NCBI GenBank assembly: GCA_003971905.1
Contig: RSEE01000008.1
Location: 496,001 to 560,000 of the forward strand
Length of the DNA: 64,000 nt
DNA from: Moniliella sp. 'wahieum'
Taxonomy: Eukaryota
Direction of reading: 5' to 3'
In this document: positions 1 to 10,792 of the stretch, piece after piece
Numbering within the stretch: the first letter of the stretch is position 1
Layout: every line of letters begins with the position of its first letter
Position numbers and translations under genes: made by a program
The notes under the pieces: model-generated
The model's input: the letters and a program-made list of their open reading frames with translations, nothing else
What the model was told of the DNA's origin: nothing
Database searches by the model: none

Positions 1-2262
1 CACACCAGGCGACATGGCTTCACTCGCGATGCGCGCCGCGTCAATCCCTACCGGGTTGTAGCTGATTGAAGTAACTTGACCATTCGTCGACTCAACAGTG
101 TTGAAAGAGGCATCGAACCCACACACGCGAATGCACGAAGACAAGAAGTGGCGCGAGTAGGAGAAGGCTTGGAAGCAGGCCAAGTCGGCGCCAAGCATTC
201 CCTCAAGAATCTCAGTCCGCTTGGGCAGGCAACGGAACACTTCACTCGAAGGGAAGGGTGCGTGCATAAAGAACGTAATGTGAGCGTCGGGAACCAGCGT
301 GCGCAGCATCTTGGGCACCAAGAGAAGGTGATAATCGTGCACAATGACCATGTCTCCGGGCTGGTACTCTTGCGCTACACGCTGGGCAAACGCCTCATTC
401 GCCTTGTAGTACGTCCCACGTTGAATTGTCCCAAGTCGAGCATTGACCGGGTTGACATCCTCCCACAAAAGGTAGTGCAGGAGAGGCCAAGAACCGTTTT
501 GCAGTACCCCTCATAGAAACCGTGGGCCACCTTGGAGTCCATCCAGACCGGAACGTACTTGATCCCATGGGCCTCGTCCCCACCAAGCTGTACTTGTTCC
601 TCAAACTCTTCCCTCCGCTCCTCTTTGGCCGCTGATGTGGCAGTGCGGAAGAGCTTGTGAAACGAGAGGGGGCAACGGACTCAGGCACCGTCTTAGACTT
701 CAATAACGGGAGGACTGCTTCGGCGTGGGATTTGGTGCAGCGGACTCGGGGCCGTCCGTGCTCTCAGCATTGAAAGAGTCAATGCCCGGGCTTTCCAGAT
801 CGCTCAGCGCCTTTTCGATCTGTTCCTTCTCCTCGTCGGTTAACTGGGCAGTCTCCGTACGCACGTCACCCAGCGCCTTGGACGCAAAGACAATGTCGCC
901 GGGCCAACCAATAAAAGTCTGCTTGTGGGTCATGCATAGGCTGCGTACACCACTGTTAATGGCCGTGTGGCCACGGCGAGGAGTGAACACCCACTTCTCC
1001 GAGGTGAACGTGCTGTCCCGTGGCTCGGACGAATACGTCGCTTCAAAGTCTTCTCCCGGAGCGGCAGAAGAAGGCTCCGTGGAGGATAAAGGGCCGGTAG
1101 AAGAGGGTTCGTCGTGGCTCTTCACTTCATTGCGCAAGCCGGTCGGCGGAGCCAGAGGACCCTGAGCATCGTTCAAGCACCGTTCGGTGAGTGCGGGCTG
1201 GCATGATCAGAGCTTATCGGCGGCGTATCCATCGGGGTGAACCGGTCCTTGAGATCATCCGTCTGCAGGTGCGCGTCGTTGGGATCAGCCGCATCGTGAT
1301 CCATCCAGGCCCGCCGGCCCGCACAGGCCTTGGCTCGCTGTTGGTTTTCCTCAAACAAGGCGTACATGTCTTGCCCTTCGAGGCCATGAAGCGCCATGTG
1401 AGAGGCCTGGTTGTCGACGTCACCTTTCTGGGCAGGTAGACCGTGTCCCTGCGGACATCTTCATGTGCATATCCGTCAGGATCGCTTCACGGCGAGCATC
1501 CGCCGCCCGAGCTACATTCCGGGATCGGGATGCTGCAGCAATGGCAGCCATGTTCTGCCGGGCCTCTTCCTGCTCTTGCTGAAGACGTTCATATTCCACC
1601 TCGGCAGCCGCATGAACCACAAAGGGAATGGAGTGGCTCACGTGAATGATACGGCCGGAGAGCGGGGTGTGGCCCATCTGGTTCGAATAGGCCTGCTCCA
1701 ACTCGGCGAGGGAGGAGCGGATTTGGCTGATAGTTTCGAACTGAGGCCACTCATCCTTTGGGTTGAGGTGAACATCGGCAGCAGCCGCAATGTTTTCGAT
1801 GCTGTTCTTGTGCGGGTGGCTGCCGACGCTCGTTCGGTAGGTACTTCCGGCGGACTGTGGCAGAGCATGAGATCCAAGGGAGAAGGAAAGCTTGATGGAG
1901 TATGCGATCCATGTTGAGGTACATTAACCTCACTTATCGTAGGCGAGGGAGGCGGGGCGAGCGTCTCCAACCCTGACAGCGAGGCAATCGTGGGGGGTAA
2001 GAGTGAGCTCTGGGGCACAGGCTGTGACTCATGACTGCGGGGTTGGCGGCGGGAGTGGAAATGCCGGCCGCCCTTGTGGGGCGGACGTACGCCCCCGTTT
2101 ACGGTGGATAAAGGGACGGCGGAGGGGGAGACCGCCGATGCTTGTTTAGTGGTGTGGGCGATGTTTCCAACGGGAGCCGGTAAGCTGGGGCTCATCGGCG
2201 TCCACGCCTGGCGAAGGGGATGAGGTGCCGCTGTGTTTGTTCTGCCCACTAGGTGCAGGCAT
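1..2262 (-). CDS. TPS2: Trehalose-6-phosphate synthase/phosphatase (GT20 family, TPS2-like), 5' part; runs off window start; frameshifted
   Basis: The minus strand over 1-350 reads VHDYHLLLVPKMLR...HITFFMHAPFPSSEVFRCLPKRTEILEGMLGADL (GT20 motifs). Upstream fragments GRIIHVSHSIPF and WVFTPRRGHTAINSGVRSL...FIGWPG are typical of the long TPS2-type N-terminus. Likely ATG at 2262 (MPAPSGQ). The phosphatase domain would lie outside the window, so TPS2 versus a regulatory subunit is inferred. Confidence 0.85.
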
Positions 2263-2380
2263 GTCGTGAGGGAGGTGTAGTTGGGATATAAGGGGTAGGG
2301 TAGCGGCGATGGAGGGGTGGGGGAGGTGGTGCAGGTGGGAAGTGGTCGGGGGGGGTTGAAGAAGGGACCGAATGGGTGGA

Positions 2381-2414
2381 GTCGGCCAGCTCATTTGGTC
2401 GGCCAGCTCATTTG
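2381..2414. repeat. Perfect 17-bp tandem duplication upstream of the TPS2-like gene
   Basis: GTCGGCCAGCTCATTTG occurs at 2381-2397 and 2398-2414. Confidence 0.95.
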
Positions 2415-4275
2415 GCGTTTGGGTTCGGCAGCATCTGAAATTATAACAATACAGCGTCCGCCGGCACTGCGCGCGAGTGCAAACGCACGGCCGCTGATGC
2501 CGCTGCCCCGTGCGGGTCCTCAGCACTCAGCTCAGGCTGGGGGCATTTCTACCCCCGTGCTGTGACTTGCCGTTTCCGCACTGCGCTGCTGTCCACCGCC
2601 TGTGCCTTCATGCCTATCACCACTCCCGCCAGTGCACTAGACAGCAGTCCGCTCCGTGCGCATTATAACCATCCCCTTCCCCAGCTCACGCCACCCTTCC
2701 ATAACTACAGGCTGAGGCTCTTCCCCATTTGTCACATATATATGCACGCTTCCTTCGCCCTCTGCGCTCAGGCGTTCAGGCGCTCGTGCCTTTTGGAGGG
2801 TGGCGGCATGTGACACCACTTGGTGTGATGGCTTGATCGCGGGCTGGCAACCTGAGCGCTCAGCCTGAGCTGGCTATAGAGTTCCGCGTCTCGCACGCTC
2901 CGGATTGGTTACCGTCGGGCCTTGTTCCCCTCCTTTGTTGCATTCAAGGTCGGACTAGCGTCAGGCCCTGTTTCCGCCCCGCACACCAGGTGAGCTTCCT
3001 CTCTGTTCTCTCTTTTTCTGTTCTCTTCCTGTTTCTGGCGTTTTTGTCCTTTTGGCCATCGATCACATACGTAGGGTCGGAGGTCCTTCAAGCTTCAGGC
3101 CACGATACAAGAATTGATCTCTGAAGACTGATTCCTATCTTCCCTTGCACAATGCAATTATCGTCCTTAGCTTGGTAGCGTAGCTATACTTCAATCTCAG
3201 CATAATGGACGTGCTGAGGAGGCCCCCTCAGATCTGAGGCCTCAGCCTCTCAGCGCCTCAGCCCCGGCCCAAGGCATGCACTTCTATATTCACAACATAA
3301 ATCCAGTTCAGCTTGACAAACTCAGGTCGACAACATGATGGCTGAGGCCCTGAGGGCAGTATTAGCCTAATCCCCTGAGGGGGCTACACAACAGGCAGTG
3401 GAAGCCTGCGGGGATCAGAGTTTTGTGTTGCGATGCGCCACCCAAGACCATACGTCATTCCAAAGCGGGGTATATATGACTTCTAATTGGTCGCTGTGAC
3501 TAGTGACTGCAGAGAAATCAACCACGCCTGTAACGGTGTGGCCTCCCGGTCGATAACAACCTTGAGGAAGGGTGAAAGGGAGTCTGCCCTCCGGTTTGTC
3601 GGACAAGGGAGGGGACCAGATGTATATTAGGCCCGAAGCGCGAGTTGCGTGCCAATTAACGAGAGGCGTCGTCCCTCTGCCTTGCTAGCAGTAGCCTTCC
3701 TAAGCTGCGTCCTATAGAGGGTCCGGTGTTGCGGGAGGGCGTAGGTACTAGGACAAGACGATTGGTCGCTTGCCTCCAATGCATGCTTAGTGCAGAGCGG
3801 GTCTTTATATATGCAGGCAAAGGAAAGCGGCGAAGCTGTGGTCTGTTTTTTTGCGAAACCACAGATGGCTCAAAGTAGATCCGGCGCGATCGCACGCGCA
3901 CGGTTCACCGGCTCGTAGAAGCCGAGAGCGTGCGATAAGGAGCAGCGGCGTCAACGAAAGCATATCCTTGTGACGTCGACGGTCTTTCCACGTGAAAAGA
4001 TGGTAACGCTGTACGCAACAAGATATGCACGAGAGGAAGTGCTCTCGGATGATTTCCTATTAGCACCGTGGTGCTTCAGCGAGGGCATCCCCCTATTACA
4101 CCTCTGCTTAGCTCCGTCAACACAGATTTTCATAGACGGTATTGTATGGGGTCTGTATATACGGATGGCAGCCGCCAGATGAGGTCCTGACCTGCAGTTG
4201 TAGTTCCCATGGTTTCCTAAACGGGTTTGGCGCCAACAAACGACGCACGCCCCGTATGAACAGGTCTTGTTTATA

Positions 4276-4680
4276 TAGGCGTAGCATTTCTCTGTCCCAG
4301 CATCTACTTAAACTGAGTCTGTAAATGATATAATTGCGCGGAGGGGGAAATTCCAACCAAGAAGCCTCGGTCAGCATTCTCAACCTCTTTGCTGTTTGAA
4401 CGGGTCGCTTTAGGCGTAGCGTTTCCCTGTCCCAGCCTTAAGCTCTGTCAATGATATGGATGCAATATAGAGATAAAGAATCACATTTCTGGCAATGCAC
4501 ACCCCTTCTTCCCTGGATGGCGAGTACCAGAGGGTCCTGATATCCTGGCGATCCCCTGGTTCCTTAACATTGGTAGCGCTACCAAGTAACTCACGCAAGA
4601 TTAACGGTTCGGTTTAGGCGTAGCATTCCCCTGTCCCAGTCTTAAGCTCCGTCAATGATATGGATGCGAATAGAGAGTGG
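4276..4680. repeat. Dispersed repeat, locally triplicated in part; inverted homologue at about 59445-59960
   Basis: TAGGCGTAGC...CTGTCCCAG occurs at about 4276, 4411 and 4615; the latter two continue CTTAAGCTCYGTCAATGATATGGATGC. The segment 4517-4680 aligns by eye to the reverse complement of 59445-59544 plus 59894-59960. Confidence 0.9.
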
Positions 4681-6994
4681 CCCATCAGTGATAGTAGGCC
4701 TGAACCAGCGGCCGAGCAACAAAAGGTGACTTCACAAGATTGGATCCCTCAGGCCTCAGGCCTCAAGCGACGTTGCTCTTCACAGAAACCAGCAGGGCCT
4801 CTATACGTTCCATTCTCATAGTATTGGGTAGGCCATTGCGAAGATGGCAAGTCCCATGCTAGTCGGCCGATTCGGCTTCTTCAGTGGCAAAAGGCTTAAG
4901 GGTTTATTGGTGTGATGGTATTAAAAGAGAGCCATAGTTGCGACCATGAGCGATCTGAAGCCCACAGTAAGTTATAGATGAAGGAAGAATTGCTTAGTCA
5001 CAGGTGAACGATATGAAGACCCCAAAAAGTACTAAGTGCCCAAGAGCTTAACAGAGGCTTAGGGAAGCATGTCTAAGAGTAGCGAAGGATAGCTTTGTGC
5101 ATAGGGTCGTTTTGCCACCACAATATGATGATCCACTGGTCCATAATCCCGCATGGTGTAGAGATAGTAGGCCACCGCATTGGTGGGGCAATGTCTTAAC
5201 CGCCGCGGCCGTGTGGGGCTCGAAACTACTGAGGGCGCAGCCGCAATAACGCCTTCGACTTCAATCGGCATTAGGAGGCGGGGGTATCGGTGATGATGTC
5301 GATGATGAGGATTCCTGAAGCCTGAGGGCTTCAGAGAGATGGAGAGGAAAGCAGGGGGCGGGGGGGGGGTAACCGGTAACCGATGACTTGGCCCATATAG
5401 TACGCGGGGAAGTGGTAGAGGATAGCTTGACCGGTGACGCGTTACGCGTTAGTGTTATGCGCGCGTTACGCATCATGTTAGCGCCTGTACATGATAGCGC
5501 TTAGCGCTGGCTTAGTAGCGCTTACGTGGTTACTATATCCGACGGTTACTGAGGTTTACTCCAAATTTTGCTATTTACTCTAGTCCCTATGGGCCACTAG
5601 CACCAATCGAACTAAGTGCTGATCGCGCTGGTCAAGTATGTTTTCCCAACAGGGGGGTGGGGGGTACCGAGTACCGGTTACCCCGTGTTGCCAGTATGTC
5701 AATGTCACATGCAGCGTCACACATGTCACACTCTCGGTATGCCCAACAACCCCGTCCGTTGGGGCTTTTTGGTCTTACAATAGGCCGAGGGAGTGGATAC
5801 TAGAGAGCTCTCGCCCCACGGCGGTTGCGCGGCGTGGCAGGGCGTGGCAGGGCGTGGCAAGTGGAGGTGCTCGTTAACATTGTGGGGGCGATTCGCGTGG
5901 GAGCTGGTAACCGGTAACTACGGTAACTCCGGTAACTGGTAACTGAATACTGTCTGACTGGGCCCGGTGGACGCTGCAATCCCTCTCCGCTTGCCTCATC
6001 GGTCACTCATCGATGACCATCAATTCTACCAGCAGTTGGCCAAGATGACACCGCTGCAATGGTGAGACATCTCGGCCCGCCGGCGGCCGCCGGCCCAGGG
6101 TCCAGCAAATCCCCTCGCTGCGGCAAAGACCACTTTTGAAGGTAGGGTCACGGTGATCAGTGACCATCACTGACGCGTGACGTGTGACGATGCTTAAAGT
6201 TTTTGAAGCTCTCCATTTCCCACATGTGCCCCTGATCGCCTGGGCGTCGGAGCTACAGTCTGCCACGGCACTGCGCCTTGCCCGGAGGAAGGCGGTTGGG
6301 GAAGCGTACGCATAGGAAAGCTGTAGCTTAAGAGTCGGCGAGCAGAAGCAAGTCCTGAAGGAGGCAAATGATTAGGCTGGCGGAGGAGAGTAGATACGGT
6401 TTCCGAAGAAAACGAAGGAAGGATTATCTGATTTCCTGCCAAGAGGACAGTCACAGAAGCGCTACAATGCGAGACGCTAAGTCGGCCCGTGGGGGAAGCA
6501 AGAGATGGCGCTGACGCGTGACGAGCGCCAGTGACTAGTGCCTAGTGGCTAACTAGTGGCCTAGTGACACGCGCGCATTACCGAAGACCCGCCACGGGGC
6601 CAGTGACTTTGGAGTGACTAGTGACTGCCCCGGGGAGGCAGGGGCACATGCATGGGGGCATGCCGGGTGCCGTTTGTGGGGCCCCACTTCAGCACAGGCG
6701 CCGTGCTTCCTTTGCCGCTTGGCGCAGCGCGTGAGCAATTGGATCCACGGTGTCTGGGCCCTGATCGATGATCGATGACCATCGATCCACGACCACCGAG
6801 CACTGATCATCTATCACGCAGCCATACGCCAGGCCCCAGCCCACTCAGTTACCCAATAACCCAATGCCAATGCGGCTCAGGGCGGGGGCAGTGTACCTGG
6901 CTGGGCGTGGACGGAGTGTGCATCCTGAATCCTGGGGCAGGTGGTTCGAAGTTGGCTGAGCGCGGGAAGCGCTGAGCAGCGCTGAGCAGTGACC

Positions 6995-7022
6995 AGTGAC
7001 TAGTGACTAGTGACTAGTGACT
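6995..7022. repeat. (AGTGACT)4 tandem of a T-N-A-centred odd palindrome
   Basis: Four exact copies of AGTGACT; related tracts at 6530-6630 and 46050-46122. Confidence 0.95.
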
Positions 7023-8022
7023 AGTGCAGCCTAGGGCCGAGGATCGAGGCTAACTGGGTGACCGCGGTGGCTGGGAGCGGTACCTGGGTGCACAGGCTCA
7101 GCGGCCAGCACGAGAGCCGAGTACGACCGCGTACGGAGTATACTGGTACTGCCCTGGTGCCGCACCTACTGAACGTTGGACGCTGGACGATGGACGTTGG
7201 ACGAGCGCAGCCGACGTCTGCGCTGGGCGGCAGGCGGCAGTTGAGCAGCAGCGGCGGCTAGTGGAGATGCGAAATGCGCGGCCCGCCAGCCAGCACACAC
7301 ACCATCATGCCATGTCGCATGTCGGCAGCACCAGCATCGCGTGCCAGCAATACTGCCCCAGTGGCTCGGCTGGGCGGCGCAGGCACCGCTGGCACTGCTC
7401 GCGCTCCTGTCTCTCCACGATCCAATCCCCCGGCTCTTCCCGCACTGTGCGCATCACACACCAGCCATCACGCATGGCATGTATCAGTGCAAGAGGCGCC
7501 CGGAGGAGCCCCAGGGAGCCCCACACTTTCTCCGCATCTGCGTGGCACTGCGCAGCAGTCTGCCGCACTGCCCGCCTGATGCGTCCTCTCCTTTTTCCGT
7601 TCGATGTTCGCCGCCGCCCAGACACGCCCAGACATGGTGTTGCGATGCATGTGCCCCCGAGTGCCGCCGCCCCGTGCTCCTTCCCGCTGCCCGCACACGC
7701 TGCAAGCTCAGAGTGACACCCATCCAAGACCTCAACGTCTCAACGCCTCAACCACTCAGTCCTCCAGTCGCTTCACAGCCACCGAGCCCCCCCCCCTCGG
7801 CCACCAGCTCACCGGCCACAACTCACGGGCATCACTGGTCACTCCACCCTGCTAGCCCTTAGCGCTTACTAGTCCCCCGTCACGCTAGTCGTCATGCACG
7901 TCATAGCTGTGTAACCATGTAACCGGTGACCGGTGACCCAACCTGGCCACATTCCCCCGCCACACTCGGGCCGGCTCCAGCCCACAATCCCACCCGAACA
8001 ACCCCCCCTCCCCCCCCCCGGG

Positions 8023-8029
8023 TATAAAA
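8023..8029 (+). promoter_or_regulatory. Probable TATA box of the MFS gene
   Basis: TATAAAA after a C-rich tract, about 120 bp upstream of ATG 8149 and followed by a pyrimidine-rich leader. Confidence 0.55.
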
Positions 8030-8148
8030 CCTGACAGTAGTCGTCCTGGTCACTCATCTTTCTCTTACCCTCTTGGCTACTCTTCTGTCCTCCCACCTCT
8101 TCCAGTACCCGCATTGCTCTCTTCCACCCACGCATCCATCACCAGCAC

Positions 8149-9938
8149 ATGACCTTCCAGCCTTTCCCCCGCTCTGGCCTTAAGAAGGCCCAGGCGCAGC
8201 CTACCAAGGTATCCACCGCCGACGCCCCAGCGACGAAGACTCCAGCGGCGAGGTCAACTTTCCGAAGGCCGCAGTCGACGAACAAGGCCGCCAGATCATT
8301 CATGTTGACTGGGAGCGACCATATGACCCCGGCAACCCACAGAACTGGAACAACGGCAAGCGATGGTACCTTACTATTCTCGCCTCAATGTGGGCCTTCA
8401 CTACCGCCCTTTGCGCGTCTGCGTACTCACCCCTCGCTGGCCCAATGAGCAAGAAGTACCATGTTGCCAAGGTCGTCATCCTCGTTGGCAATTGCACCCT
8501 CCAAAGTTCCAACAGTACTGCCGACATGTTCATCACGCCACTCTCTGAGACGGTTGGTCGTGTGCCCTTGTACTGTGTATGTTATTTCCTGCTCTCTTCT
8601 TGCTTGTCAGAGACACTAATGCGTATCCCGCACAATAGGCTTCAGTCATCCTCTACGTGATCCTCTTTATCCCGCAAGCCTTGTCGTACAACGTGGAAGG
8701 CCTCCTCATTCCCCGGTTCTTCCAAGGTATTGCCTGTTCTGCCGGCAACTGCATGGTGGGTGGCTCTGTCGCCGACATGTGGGCCCAGCACGAGCGTGGC
8801 ATTCCCATGAGTGTTATCTCTGGTTCAACTTTATGGGGCAAGCTGTCGCGCCTGTCATCTCCAACGGCATTCTGTCTGCTAAGCCACACTGGGCCTGGAA
8901 GTGGACGTTCGGCTATCAAGCCATCCTCTCCGCCGTGTACGGTTTGGTCATGTTCACGACAATCAAAGAAACTCGTGCCAGCGTATTGCTTCGCCGGCGG
9001 GTTAAGAAGCTCCAGGCCGAGGCAGATGAGCAAGGTCTCGCGGTTCTATACATTCCCCGCGGCGAGGAGTCGCGTTTGCCCCTCAAGCAAGCTATGCTGC
9101 AGTCGTGCACGCGTCCATTCCGCATGCTCATGTTTGAGCCCATCACGACCGCTTTCTCCATCTGGGCCGCGTTTGCCTGGGGCATGCTTTTCCTGACCTT
9201 CAGCTCGGTGGGTGTTGCCTATGGCGAGGCGTATGGTTGGAACGCTCTCCAGTCGTCCATCATTCTTCTCTCCATTGGCTTGGGTGCGTCCCTTGCTTGG
9301 TTGCTGCACTTGCACCAGGAGCATCTCTTCCAACGTGACCGAGCTCGCGCCAAGGATGGTCGTGTTCAGCCCGAATCGCGTCTGTACTACGGCTGTGTAG
9401 GCGGTGTGCTGTACCCGATTGGACTGTGGTGGTATGCCCGCACTTGCATCAAGACGGTCCACCCCGCCGTCAGCATTGTCGGTTTCGTCATTGCCCAGGG
9501 AGGCACGTACCTGATTTACGACTCGACATGGGAGTACCTTTCGGACGCGTACGAAATCTACGCATCAAGTGCGCTCGCCGCCTGCTCTTTCCTTCGTAAC
9601 ATGTGGGCTGGTATGTTGAAGATTGCCACTTGTTCATCTTGCGTGTGTGGATCCGCTGCTGACCTTGACTTTCATTCCAGGTGTTTTCCCATTATTTGGA
9701 GTGTACGCTTACGGCGGCATGAAGCCGCAGAACATGACCTCCATCCTTGCGGCTGTGTGGCAACATTGTGGGTGTTGTGCCCTTCGTGCTGTTCTTCAAG
9801 GGCGATGCAATCCGGGCCCGTTCCAAGATGGCCACGTCGCTGGGGTATGAGGCGGAGGAGGAGGCGCACGAGAACGTGGTGGCTGCGCACGGCACCCCTG
9901 GTTCGCATGACGAAGAGAAGATGCCCGAATCTGCATAA
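8149..9938 (+). CDS. MFS transporter, DHA1 (drug:H+ antiporter) type; 2 introns; frameshifted
   Basis: Motifs PLSETVGRVPLY, RFFQGIA, GGSVADMW, ETRASVLLRRR, RPFRMLMFEPI, PESRLY and YLSDAYEIYASSALA; multiple hydrophobic helices. Introns at 8577-8638 (GTATGT..ACTAAT..TAG) and 9611-9680 (GTATGT..GCTGAC..CAG). Confidence 0.92.
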
Positions 9939-10792
9939 TAATCTTCAACATCTCATGATATGTTCCACGTTGCTCCAACTTGGACCCTTCTACTTACACT
10001 TCCCGCTGTTATTATCTCTCGTTGTGTTGATGCATTGATGCCACGTTACGATCTGTCAACGGTATGCTACGCGCAGTACACTACTCCAATACTCGCCTTT
10101 CATGGGGCCTTGGCGTTCTAACGTTTCTCGCCTCCCACCTCACTGTGGACGATATATCCCTCCCGTCCGATGACTTAGTATCTTTTCCTGTGGCTTTCCC
10201 CCATCCCACTGTGCTCTCCTCGTGCGTTTTGGCAGGCTGGCTTGGGCGGTTCAACCGTCTTGTATTCTGCTCAAAATCAACATTGATGCTCCCACATTTT
10301 TAGTCCTGATGCCACATGGTGCAGGGCATGCATGTAATAGGATAGCTAAGTATAGCCAACACCCCCGCGCGCGCACGCGTGCGGTCCCTTTTTCCCCTCC
10401 TCATTCTCCCGCATGTCCTCTCCTTTTTCTTCGCCGCCACCTCACCTTCCTTCCCTCTCTCTTTCGCTCGACTCGATACGAATCATACTCGTTGTTCGAT
10501 AGAGGCTGGGTATCTCGACGATCGTGTCCTTCTGCGTCGCTCCACTTGCTACTGCTCCTCGTGGGTTGGTGGGAGACGATCGTTGGCGGTCTGTACGACC
10601 ACCACACCGGTAACATATTAGTTTCAAAGATGAAATTCATTTCAAATTGCAGTGGCGCGCCTTGGCTTGCCTCCATTCTGCCCCACTTGGGCTTGCCCCC
10701 GATAGTACCAAGTAGTCAGCTAAGCACATCCAACTTCTTAACGCCCCAAGTCGAACCTCCAATGTTGCCAGCGCCTCCCTCAGAGTGTAGCG

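Noticed and set aside
4276..4680. CRISPR-like repeat-spacer array
   Set aside because: Only three diverged copies of unequal length with irregular spacing, in a eukaryotic context with no cas genes.
6995..7022. TGA-CTA stop-codon read-through signals
   Set aside because: The TGACTA hexamers are intergenic and do not terminate any supported ORF.
7261..7862. Several overlapping 100-170 aa ORFs on both strands
   Set aside because: No recognisable domain or consistent coding frame; GC-rich promoter DNA upstream of the MFS gene.
10470..10620. Possible H/ACA snoRNA (hairpin potential, ACA near 10613)
   Set aside because: No convincing two-hairpin plus central H-box layout by eye; a covariance-model search would be needed.
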